From Candidatus Latescibacterota bacterium (lineage in GTDB: Bacteria > Latescibacterota > UBA2968 > GCA-2709665): a stretch of DNA of 64,000 nt. A model generated the notes under the pieces. It made no database searches. It saw only the letters and a list, made by a program, of their open reading frames with translations, and was not told where the DNA came from. Every line of letters begins with the position of its first letter. The first letter of the stretch is position 1. The DNA lies in assembly GCA_965208835.1 (NCBI GenBank), contig OZ242358.1, positions 5,088,001 through 5,152,000 on the forward strand. The letters run 5' to 3'. The position numbers and the translations under genes were made by a program. Positions 40,641 through 49,262 of this stretch are shown piece by piece.

Positions 40641-43600
40641 CTAAGGCGCAATAACAAACACAACGTCTTTCTCCGCCGTTTCACCGCTGTTCCTGTCTTC
40701 GATTGATACCTTCAGCGAGTATCGGCCCGGAACCTGTTCAGCGAGGTCCAATTCAACATATTCCACTTCCTGTGCCGCCTCCCCCTGCTGTTCGTAGGTG
40801 ACGGCCAGTTCCTCGCGTATCCCGGGTCGCCAGCGGAAGAGGCGGGAGATGTTGCTGGTTGCTCCCGGTATGTCTCTGGATGTGATCGTGTGGGATACAG
40901 TGTAATTGGTCTGCCCGAACCCGTCTTTCGCCAGGTTGTAGATTTCATAGTACACGAACACGCCCTGGCCTTTCTTGAACGTCCGCGACGGCATTGGAAC
41001 GACGTTCAGGTCTCCCTTGTTGAACGGGCTGTCCGCTCTTTCCTCTGCTACCTTCCAGGCCAGTTCCAGGTCGCTGATTTGCAGCCGGTCCTCTCCATAC
41101 GGCTCCACAACAACCTGCTGGCTGTAGGCGCCCATGCGTCCTCTGAGCCGGTCCTGCGACCTCACCTCCAGACGGTAGGCGCCGGGCGGCAGGTTCAGCT
41201 TCAGCACGCCGGGAACCTGGATGCCCTCTCCGGCCTGGTTTCCTTTCGCCTCGTACGTCAATCCATCCGATTGCCGGTAGACCGTGTCCAGCGTGGATGA
41301 AATCAGCGCCGCATGGTGCGTGAGCACCTGACGCGTGACGTTCTCTTCCGAATCGTAGTGGGCAGGCAGGATGGGGACCCCGTAGTAGATTTCCAGGAGG
41401 CTGCGGTCATCCTCGCCCCTGAAGTCAGCCAGTGAATAGTGGAAATCGAGAGGCGCCGACTCCTCTTCCGGCGCATAGTAATTGGGTGTTACACGTGCCG
41501 CTCGCTTGTAGATCTCTCTTGGAGAGTGGGTTCTTAACTTTGCGGTCTGGCCGAGGTCAATGTCACCCCGGTCGGGCGGCATCGGGGCGTATTCGTACGT
41601 TCCGGCGCCGAATTCGTCCGTAAAGGTGATTTCAAGGCCGCCGCCCACGTTTGTATAGATCCACGTTTCCCACGGGATGGTGCTCATGTCTTCGCCGGAA
41701 GTAACCGGTTGATAGTTGCCAAACCCCAGTCGCTTGTCCATATCCATGAGCCCCAGCTTGACGGTATCCATAACGTCCTCCACCGGTACGGGTCCCTCAA
41801 ACCCTCCACCCCCACCGGAGAATTCATCCCCACCTCCGGAACTACCGCCTTCGCCGGGCGGTCCCACATTACCCCTACGCGGACCCGGAGTCTCCGCTTC
41901 TGGAAACTCGTACCATTCGCCCTCGAGTCGTCGCTTGCCGCGTATGGGAAAGACCGGCCCCGTAAACGTCTCTCCCATTCCATCGCCGCCGTAGATATTC
42001 GCGGCGAGGCGTTCCTTGACCCGCTGAACGGCCAGGCTTTGTTTGTAGTTGGGCCGATCCGATCTGGAGCGGTGGTCCGGTTCTCCAAACCGGATGTAGA
42101 CCTCGCCTCTGATGTCCCACGGCTGCTTGTTCTCCGAAAATTCCGTGAGCGCCTGCCAGACACGACGGTAGTGTTCCAGCAGGCGTTCGTTTACCGGCGT
42201 GGACAGGTCCGGATCGCGGTCGTTCCAGAACCGTTTCAGGAATGCGGCCCGTTCACGCTCGGGAGTATCGTTGAATTCGGCCAATTCTTCCGATGACGAG
42301 ACCAGGCGGATATCTTCGTACAAACCACGCTCATCCGGCGCGAGTTTTTTTACGTAGTCCTGAAAGAACTCCATTGCCATGTCGGCCTTTCCCTGCTTCA
42401 TGGACGCCTGCGCGACGATCGGCATGAGTTCAATCGCATCGGGGTTCTCCGCGACGAAACCCAGCAGCTTCGCCATGATTTTCTCGTAGTCTTCGATCAT
42501 CAGGTAGGCGACGCCCAGCCGGCTGCGCAGACCGGAATCGCCGGGTCTCAGCGCCATATATCGGGTGTACCAGACAATGGCCTGTTCGTAGTCCTTCCAG
42601 AAATCGGCGTACCACTCGCCCATCAGGCGATAGGCGTCCGCATAGTCCGGGTCGAGCTCCAGCACCCGTTCGACCGCGCGGCCCACGTCGTATTCATTCA
42701 ACTGGTAGCGCATTCTTGCGATCTGATATCGGGCGTCCACGTACCCGTGGTCACGGGCAAGGGCCTCCTGGAAATAGTGGATGGCCAGGTTGCGTTCCTT
42801 CGGAATCTCCGCGTAGACCAGACCCACACCGTAATAGGCCCTGGCGCCTCCCTGTAGAGAGATCGCTTTCTTGAAAGCCCACATCGCCCGCTCGTAGTCT
42901 TCCGCCTTGTAGTACGCGTGGCCGAGTTCGATATGGAGAGGCGCGTCCTTCGGGCGCTGGACGGCAACGAGACGGAACAGTCCGGCCGCCTCCCGCAGCC
43001 GGTTCTCTCTGGTGCGCTGCACCACAACCGCGAAAAGAGAGTCGACCGTCTCGGAACGCATATCCACCGCCTCGAGGCTTCGCGCATCCGGCGTTTGCGT
43101 CAGGTGAAGATACCGGTCCGAGTGCCGGAAACACGCCAGGATTGGCATGCCGGGAGCGGCGTCCGGCCGATATAGATATTCGATCAACGGCTCCGAATCG
43201 GAAGTTGTCGGACAGCTGAAGACAATGTCGAGGACTTCCTTGTCTCGCCTGAGTTCCGGTTCGCTGGACGCCTGCATATCTACGTTCTGTTTCATCCACC
43301 CATACAGAACGCTGTGTTCATTCGGAAGGGCGCCGTGCTTTTCGGCGTAGCGGTGCGCCAAGTCGTTCAATACGAGCATGTGTTCCAGGCAGGCATGCTC
43401 TCCTGCGGCGGCGCCGGTTCTCAGCTGTTGCTCGCGCAGCGTCGCCACGTACGCGAGGCAGCTTGCTTTCGACATCCGGAGGTCCTTGTGATGTTTATGG
43501 AATCCCGCGAACATCCGTTCAACGGCCTTTCGCGCGTCCTTCTCTCTGTGGCGGTCCGCCCGGTGCACGGCTGAATTCATCCGGCTGATCCGGATCATTC

Positions 43601-44465
43601 CTCTTTGAAGTTCAGCCAGGGCTCTATGAAGGGAAGCCTGTTCCCGAGCGTCCGGAGTGGATTCGAATTCGGCGCGAGGGGCCTGAGCAGTAGCACGAAC
43701 GCTGGCGGCTTCGAAGGCGGTTTCAGTACCCACTTCTCCGGTTTCCACGTGAATGAATTTCACGTCTTCCAACGTCGAATCACTCTCGACAAAGTAGATT
43801 TTCGCACCGTCTCCGGACCAACGCGGGGCACCGGTTGACCTGCCAATCCAGAGTCGCGTTGCCTGTCCCGATCGGTCAACCCTCCAGAGCCCCGGTCGAC
43901 CCCAGTCCACCAGCGCGTCCCACTCGCCCCGCACCGCGAGAAAGTGGCCGTCGGGCGAGAGGGCAAGGTCCAATGGATTGAGCTCTGGAGGGAGCGGCCA
44001 GCGGGACTCGTCCGATCCGTCGATCGCCAATTCCCAAATCCGATTCTTGACTATCGGCAGGCTGCGGCCACCCGAGAGATAGGATCCGAACGCGGGATAT
44101 CTGAGGCCGTGTTCGAGATAGACCAGAGCGCTGCCGTCAGGCAGGAATCCGAGGGAGCCCGCCGCACCCGGATAGGTCCTGATCCTTTCGCGACTGGCGC
44201 CGCCGTCTCGGGACAGCCATATCTCCGTCAGCAACGCCCTCCGTTCGCCCTGTTGGACGGAGTACGTGCGCATCTGGCCATTTGGAGACATCACTGATCG
44301 GATCTCCGCTAAGGCGGGGGGTTGTGGGTACAACAGCATTGCCGCAAGCAACACCGTCCCATACGACAATCCGGTACCGGGAGTCGTCCGTGCGGCATTA
44401 AGGTTGTTTGTCGTCTTAGAATCGACCATCTGGCCTGTCCCAGCTACTGCCTCTGAAGAAAACAT
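40641..44465 (-). CDS. TPR + GWxTD-domain protein (class A) with N-terminal TolB-like propeller blades; start uncertain (44429-44525)
   Basis: FWNDRDPDLSTPVNERLLEHYRRV...PWDIRGEVYIRFGEPD; LSPDG and WSGDG blades. Confidence 0.85.
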   Translation of the reverse strand: MFSSEAVAGTGQMVDSKTTNNLNAARTTPGTGLSYGTVLLAAMLLYPQPPALAEIRSVMSPNGQMRTYSVQQGERRALLTEIWLSRDGGASRERIRTYPGAAGSLGFLPDGSALVYLEHGLRYPAFGSYLSGGRSLPIVKNRIWELAIDGSDESRWPLPPELNPLDLALSPDGHFLAVRGEWDALVDWGRPGLWRVDRSGQATRLWIGRSTGAPRWSGDGAKIYFVESDSTLEDVKFIHVETGEVGTETAFEAASVRATAQAPRAEFESTPDAREQASLHRALAELQRGMIRISRMNSAVHRADRHREKDARKAVERMFAGFHKHHKDLRMSKASCLAYVATLREQQLRTGAAAGEHACLEHMLVLNDLAHRYAEKHGALPNEHSVLYGWMKQNVDMQASSEPELRRDKEVLDIVFSCPTTSDSEPLIEYLYRPDAAPGMPILACFRHSDRYLHLTQTPDARSLEAVDMRSETVDSLFAVVVQRTRENRLREAAGLFRLVAVQRPKDAPLHIELGHAYYKAEDYERAMWAFKKAISLQGGARAYYGVGLVYAEIPKERNLAIHYFQEALARDHGYVDARYQIARMRYQLNEYDVGRAVERVLELDPDYADAYRLMGEWYADFWKDYEQAIVWYTRYMALRPGDSGLRSRLGVAYLMIEDYEKIMAKLLGFVAENPDAIELMPIVAQASMKQGKADMAMEFFQDYVKKLAPDERGLYEDIRLVSSSEELAEFNDTPERERAAFLKRFWNDRDPDLSTPVNERLLEHYRRVWQALTEFSENKQPWDIRGEVYIRFGEPDHRSRSDRPNYKQSLAVQRVKERLAANIYGGDGMGETFTGPVFPIRGKRRLEGEWYEFPEAETPGPRRGNVGPPGEGGSSGGGDEFSGGGGGFEGPVPVEDVMDTVKLGLMDMDKRLGFGNYQPVTSGEDMSTIPWETWIYTNVGGGLEITFTDEFGAGTYEYAPMPPDRGDIDLGQTAKLRTHSPREIYKRAARVTPNYYAPEEESAPLDFHYSLADFRGEDDRSLLEIYYGVPILPAHYDSEENVTRQVLTHHAALISSTLDTVYRQSDGLTYEAKGNQAGEGIQVPGVLKLNLPPGAYRLEVRSQDRLRGRMGAYSQQVVVEPYGEDRLQISDLELAWKVAEERADSPFNKGDLNVVPMPSRTFKKGQGVFVYYEIYNLAKDGFGQTNYTVSHTITSRDIPGATSNISRLFRWRPGIREELAVTYEQQGEAAQEVEYVELDLAEQVPGRYSLKVSIEDRNSGETAEKDVVFVIAP

Positions 44466-44525
44466 CCTGGAGCACAATACTCCAGGACACGGAGAATTAC
44501 GTTTACGAATCTTAATTTCGGTCAA

Positions 44526-45572
44526 TTATCTGCGGACCATCAGCACGCGAAATCCGGTACGACTTCCTCTCAAGCCCCTCGTCCGCACAGCAGACCGGAC
44601 TTCAAGGACGTCGTCCAGATACGCCCCCCCCTTGATAACGATAAATTCACCCGGAAATGCGTAACCGGCCAATTCAACGGGCGTGGGTTGATCAGGTCCC
44701 CTGGGATCGGTCTGCGGCTCTCCCGTATAAGGACCGTAGACATCCTGCACCCATTCCCAGACATTCCCGTGCATATCGTACAATCCCCACGGATTCGCAA
44801 AAACACCGCCTGTTTCCTGTGGCTCCGGGTTTCCGTATGCGACAATCCCGTTCTCCAGAACAGTTGCGCTGCGCGAGTTTTCGTAATAGCGCGCGTAACT
44901 GCCGACGTGACTGGGGTCGGCACCAAATGACCACGCCGTTGTTGTGCCAGCCCTGCACGCGTATTCCCACTCCGCCTCCGTGGGCAAACGGAAAATATCC
45001 CTCCCTTTTGTTTCGTTCAATCTACGGACGAAAGTCTGGACATCCCTCCAAGGCAAATTAAACGCCGGAAAATTCGCCTTTCTGGGGTCTCCTTCGACGC
45101 CGGGTGTCGACCACGGTCTCGTATTCATTACGGCCTCCCACTGCGCCTGCGTGACTTCATATTTACCCAAGTAGAACCCCTTCGTGATCGTGACCTCATG
45201 TTGGGGACCCTCATCGTCATCTCGACCGGACTCTGAATCGGGCGATCCCATCATAAACCGCCCCGGTTGTATCCACACCATTTCCAGGTCTATCCCTCTC
45301 GGAAGCGTTATAGTGATGTTCTCTTCCGGCATACCTTCGCCAAACCGCTTCGCGAAGAGGATGAAATCCGGAAAATCGACACTTCCGCTGCCATCAAGGT
45401 CGAAATTGGACTGATTTGACCCGAACGCCTGCGCGAACAGGATGAAGTCCCCGAAGTCCACAATGCCATTGGCGTCGAAATCGGCGTTACGGGAGGCCTG
45501 GGCGATCAAATGCTGCTTCGACGCCAATAGCGCTCCGACGGCAAGCAACGCGATAATTGCATTTCGTCTCAT
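44526..45572 (-). CDS. Secreted dockerin/EF-hand-like + FGE-sulfatase-fold protein, paralogue 4
   Basis: DFDANGIVDFGDF...DLDGSGSVDFPDF; FMMGS, RLPTEAEWEYACRAG, NPWGLYDMHGNVWEW, GFR. Confidence 0.9.
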   Translation of the reverse strand: MRRNAIIALLAVGALLASKQHLIAQASRNADFDANGIVDFGDFILFAQAFGSNQSNFDLDGSGSVDFPDFILFAKRFGEGMPEENITITLPRGIDLEMVWIQPGRFMMGSPDSESGRDDDEGPQHEVTITKGFYLGKYEVTQAQWEAVMNTRPWSTPGVEGDPRKANFPAFNLPWRDVQTFVRRLNETKGRDIFRLPTEAEWEYACRAGTTTAWSFGADPSHVGSYARYYENSRSATVLENGIVAYGNPEPQETGGVFANPWGLYDMHGNVWEWVQDVYGPYTGEPQTDPRGPDQPTPVELAGYAFPGEFIVIKGGAYLDDVLEVRSAVRTRGLRGSRTGFRVLMVRR

Positions 45573-45685
45573 TTTACACAAATCTCCTGCTGGTCAACGA
45601 ACCACGACGCGTGCGCGATTCGGTATATGACGTCTCAATGCCCAAGACCATTATCGATAAGGCGATTCACGGCTCCTGATCGAAC
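45573..45685 (-). repeat. Conserved ~110-bp spacer of the FGE tandem array; copies at 46715-46826 and 47877-47996
   Basis: Shared CACGCGTCGTGGTTCGTTGA..AGCAGGAGAT.TGTG and CCGTGA.TCGCCTT. Confidence 0.85.
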
Positions 45686-46714
45686 TTACCTGTATTCCAT
45701 CAACAAGCGAAATCCGGTGAAGTCGTTTGGCACCCACCCGACCGATCGGGAAGCCGACCGTATCCACTCGGGGCGGTCGAAACTGGATCCTCCTCGTTCG
45801 ACGTGGCTGCCACTAGGAGTGCGACTTCCAGTGGGACCTTCGGGGCCCCCGGGATCAACCTGCGGCTGTTCTGAGAATGGACCGAAGTAATCCTGCACCA
45901 ACTCCCGCACATTCCCGTGCATATCGTACAGGCCCCAGGGGTTTGGAAATACACTTCCTGTTTCCTGAACCTCCGGGCTTCCATAGGCTATGCTACCGTC
46001 ATTCCTAACGATCGTCGTTCGTGAGTTCTCATAATAACGTGCGAAATCGGCGATTCGGGTGGAATCCTCACCGAACGACCAGCGGGTCGTCGTGCCGGCC
46101 CTGCACGCATATTCCCACTCCGCCTCCGTGGGCAATCGGAAGACGTCCTTTCCTTCCGCATCGTTCAGTTTACGGATGAATGTCTCGACGTGCTGCCAGC
46201 GCATTCTGTTGGCCGGAAAGTTCCCCCGGTCCTGAGAAACCGATCCCGTAACCCAGGGACTGGTATTCATTACGCTTTCCCACTGCGCCTGCGTGACTTC
46301 GTACTTTCCGAGGTAGAATCCCTTTGTGATCGTTACCTGATGCTGGGGACCCTCGTGATCCTCCCTACCGGACTCAGAATCGGGCGATCCCATCAGGAAC
46401 CTTCCAGGCTGGATCCAGACCATCGCCAGCTTCACATCGCCGGGAAGCGTTATGGTGATGCTTTCTTCCGGCGCGCCCTCCCCGAACTGCTTCGCAAAGA
46501 GAATGAAGTCCGGAAAGTCCACGTTCCCGTTGCCGTCTAGATCGAAACCGGATTGATCGGACCCGAACGCCTGAGCGAAGAGGATAAAATCACCGAAATC
46601 CACAATACCATTGGCGTCGAAATCCGCATCACGGGCGGACTGGGCTGTCGCAATCTGTTTCGCAGTCAGCATCGCTGCGAGGGCAAGCAAGCCAATAATT
46701 GCATTTCGTCTCAT
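45686..46714 (-). CDS. Secreted dockerin-like + FGE-fold protein, paralogue 3
   Basis: Same architecture and motifs. Confidence 0.9.
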   Translation of the reverse strand: MRRNAIIGLLALAAMLTAKQIATAQSARDADFDANGIVDFGDFILFAQAFGSDQSGFDLDGNGNVDFPDFILFAKQFGEGAPEESITITLPGDVKLAMVWIQPGRFLMGSPDSESGREDHEGPQHQVTITKGFYLGKYEVTQAQWESVMNTSPWVTGSVSQDRGNFPANRMRWQHVETFIRKLNDAEGKDVFRLPTEAEWEYACRAGTTTRWSFGEDSTRIADFARYYENSRTTIVRNDGSIAYGSPEVQETGSVFPNPWGLYDMHGNVRELVQDYFGPFSEQPQVDPGGPEGPTGSRTPSGSHVERGGSSFDRPEWIRSASRSVGWVPNDFTGFRLLMEYR

Positions 46715-46826
46715 TTCACACAGATCTCCTGCTAATCAACGAACCACGACGCGTGCGTGATTCAGCGTATGACGTGCAATGACCGGGACCACTATCGATA
46801 AGGCGATTCACGGCACCTGATCGAAC

Positions 46827-47876
46827 TCACCTGTATTCCATCAGCAATCGAAACCCAACTCGGTGACTGCCACCTGCGCCGCGAACACGCATCGCCGACC
46901 GCATTCTGAGAGCGGTGTCGAAGTAATAGCCCCCTCTGGCAACATGGAATGACCCCTGCCATCCTGCATTGACATTTTCAAACTCCGCAGGCTCGGGCGG
47001 CCCTCTCGGATCGATCTGCGCCTCTCCTGAATACGGGGCCCAGTAATCCTGAACCCATTCCAACACATTCCCGTACATATCGTATAGGCCCCACGGATTC
47101 GGCAATACGCTTCCCGTCTCCTGAGGCTCCAGGCTGCCGTAGACCACGCGGCCGTCCGGCATCAACGTCGCATTCCGCGAGTTCTCACGATAGCGGGCAT
47201 AATCGCCGATACGGCTCGAGTCGGCTCCGAAAAACCACGTCGTCGTAGTGCCTGCCCTGCACGCATATTCCCACTCCGCCTCCGTCGGCAACCGGAAAAT
47301 GTCCTTTCCTTCCGCCTCGTTCAATCTCCGAATGAATGACTGTATCCACTCCCAACGCGCGCTGCGAGCCGGGTATCTTGTCTTCTCGAGTTCATCGGTT
47401 GCTCCGAACCGCTCCCACGGACGCGTATTCATCACGCTCTGCCACTGCGCCTGGGTGACTTCGTATTTACCGAGGTAAAACCCCTGAGTAATGGTAACTT
47501 CGTGCTGAGGACCCTCGTCATCCCGGCGCCCCGGCTCTGTATCGGGCGATCCCATCAGAAAGCGGCCGGGCTGGATCCAGACCATCGCCAGCTTCGCGCC
47601 GCCTGGAAGCGTCACAGCAATATTCCTTTCGGGTGCGCCCTCCCCGAACTGCTTCGCAAAGAGAACAAAGTCCGGAAAGTCCACATTCCCGTTGCCGTCG
47701 AGATCGAAACCGGATTGATCGGACCCGAACGCCTGAGCGAAGAGGATAAAATCACCGAAATCCACAATGCCATTGGCGTCGAAATCCGCGTCACGGGAGG
47801 GTTGGGCGATTACAATCTGTTTCGCAGTCAGCATCGCGCCAAGGGCAATCAAGCCGATAATTGCATTTCGTCTCAT
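46827..47876 (-). CDS. Secreted dockerin-like + FGE-fold protein, paralogue 2
   Basis: Same architecture and motifs. Confidence 0.9.
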   Translation of the reverse strand: MRRNAIIGLIALGAMLTAKQIVIAQPSRDADFDANGIVDFGDFILFAQAFGSDQSGFDLDGNGNVDFPDFVLFAKQFGEGAPERNIAVTLPGGAKLAMVWIQPGRFLMGSPDTEPGRRDDEGPQHEVTITQGFYLGKYEVTQAQWQSVMNTRPWERFGATDELEKTRYPARSARWEWIQSFIRRLNEAEGKDIFRLPTEAEWEYACRAGTTTTWFFGADSSRIGDYARYRENSRNATLMPDGRVVYGSLEPQETGSVLPNPWGLYDMYGNVLEWVQDYWAPYSGEAQIDPRGPPEPAEFENVNAGWQGSFHVARGGYYFDTALRMRSAMRVRGAGGSHRVGFRLLMEYR

Positions 47877-47996
47877 TTCACACAAATCTCCTGCTTGTCA
47901 ACGAACCACGACGCGTGCGGGATTCAGCATTCGGCGTACAATGCCTCAATGCCCGGGACCAATCCCGACAAGGCGACTCACGGATCTATACTGATT

Positions 47997-49034
47997 TTAC
48001 CTGTTTTCCATCAACAAGCGAAATCCGGTGAGGATATTCCGGCGCCAACCACGGTATCTGACAGCCGACCGTATCGCTATAGGGCGATCTTGGTACGATC
48101 CCCCTCTCTCAACGTGGCTGTTATGCGGTGCTTGTCCTTCAGTCGGCCACGCAGGACCCTTCGGATCGATCTGGGGCTCGTCTGAGTACGGACCGTAAAA
48201 ATCCTGCACCCACTCACGTGCGTTCCCGTGCATATCGTATAGCCCCCACGGGTTCGGAAAGACGCTACCCGTCTCCTGTGCCTCAGGGTTTCCATACGCT
48301 ATGCTACCGTCATCTCTGACGATCACCGCCCGTGAGTTTTCGTTATAACGTACGTAATCCGCGATGCGGGTCGAATCCTCACCGAACGACCAGCGGCTCG
48401 TCGTACCGGCCCTGCAAGCGTATTCCCATTCCGCTTCCGTCGGTAATCGGAATATATCACTTCCTTCTGCTTCGTTTAATCTGCGAATGAAGCCCTCAAC
48501 GTCTTGCCAGTCCATGTTGACCGCTGGAAATTTGCCTTTCGTCTGATCTTCTGCAACGCCAGCCCAATTCCAGGGGCGGGAGTTCATTACGCTCTCCCAT
48601 TGAGCCCTTGTCACTTCATATTTGCCGAAATAGTATCCTGTTGTGATAGTTACTACACGCTGGGGGCCCTCATCCTCATTTCGACCCGACTCAGAATTTG
48701 GCGATCCCATCAGGAACCTGCCGGGTTGGATCCAGACCATTTCGAGTTTCGCACTGCCTGGAAGCGTTACCGTAACGTCCTCTTCCGGCGCACCCTCACC
48801 AAATTGCTCAGCAAATAGGATAAAATCCGGAAAATCGACGATTCCGTTGCCGTCAAGGTCGAAATTGGATTGCTCAGACCCGAACGCCTGCGCGAACAGA
48901 ATGAAATCTCCGAAATCCACAATGCCATTTGCGTCGAAATCCGCATTACCTGCGGATTGGGCTGTCAGAAGCGGCGTTGAAGCCAACAGCGTTCCAAGGG
49001 CGACGAACAGGGTTATGGCGTACCGTCTCACCAT
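47997..49034 (-). CDS. Secreted dockerin-like + FGE-fold protein, paralogue 1
   Basis: Same architecture and motifs. Confidence 0.9.
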   Translation of the reverse strand: MVRRYAITLFVALGTLLASTPLLTAQSAGNADFDANGIVDFGDFILFAQAFGSEQSNFDLDGNGIVDFPDFILFAEQFGEGAPEEDVTVTLPGSAKLEMVWIQPGRFLMGSPNSESGRNEDEGPQRVVTITTGYYFGKYEVTRAQWESVMNSRPWNWAGVAEDQTKGKFPAVNMDWQDVEGFIRRLNEAEGSDIFRLPTEAEWEYACRAGTTSRWSFGEDSTRIADYVRYNENSRAVIVRDDGSIAYGNPEAQETGSVFPNPWGLYDMHGNAREWVQDFYGPYSDEPQIDPKGPAWPTEGQAPHNSHVERGGSYQDRPIAIRSAVRYRGWRRNILTGFRLLMENR

Positions 49035-49112
49035 TTCCAGGATGCCTTCAAACCGCCTGGTGCAGGTATATGTGAGCGCCAAAGTTCAGGTTTCCAGTGA
49101 CCGACAGTCTTT

Positions 49113-49175
49113 ACTATGCACAAGCACAGTGACTCGTCAATTCTATAAAATAAATTCATTTGAAATATTAATCAA
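49113..49175 (-). promoter_or_regulatory. Possible internal sigma70-type promoter with AT-rich UP tract before the FGE array
   Basis: TTGACG-N16-CATAGT preceded by an almost pure A/T tract. Confidence 0.3.
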
Positions 49176-49262
49176 GGTTCAGCGAAATCGACCGGGTTCA
49201 ATGAATTGGTCTGCGGAAGGAGCCGGACAACAGGCCGCGGGCCTTCCCGAACGCCTTGATCT

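Noticed and set aside
44526-49034. Diversity-generating retroelement acting on the FGE-fold genes
   Set aside because: No reverse transcriptase or template repeat in the window. Differences include indels and third-position changes rather than AAY-derived substitutions. The Avd-like fold gene is 25 kb away in an unrelated operon. A remote DGR cannot be fully excluded.
44526-49034. True formylglycine-generating enzymes
   Set aside because: The catalytic Cys pair after RGGS is absent in all four proteins
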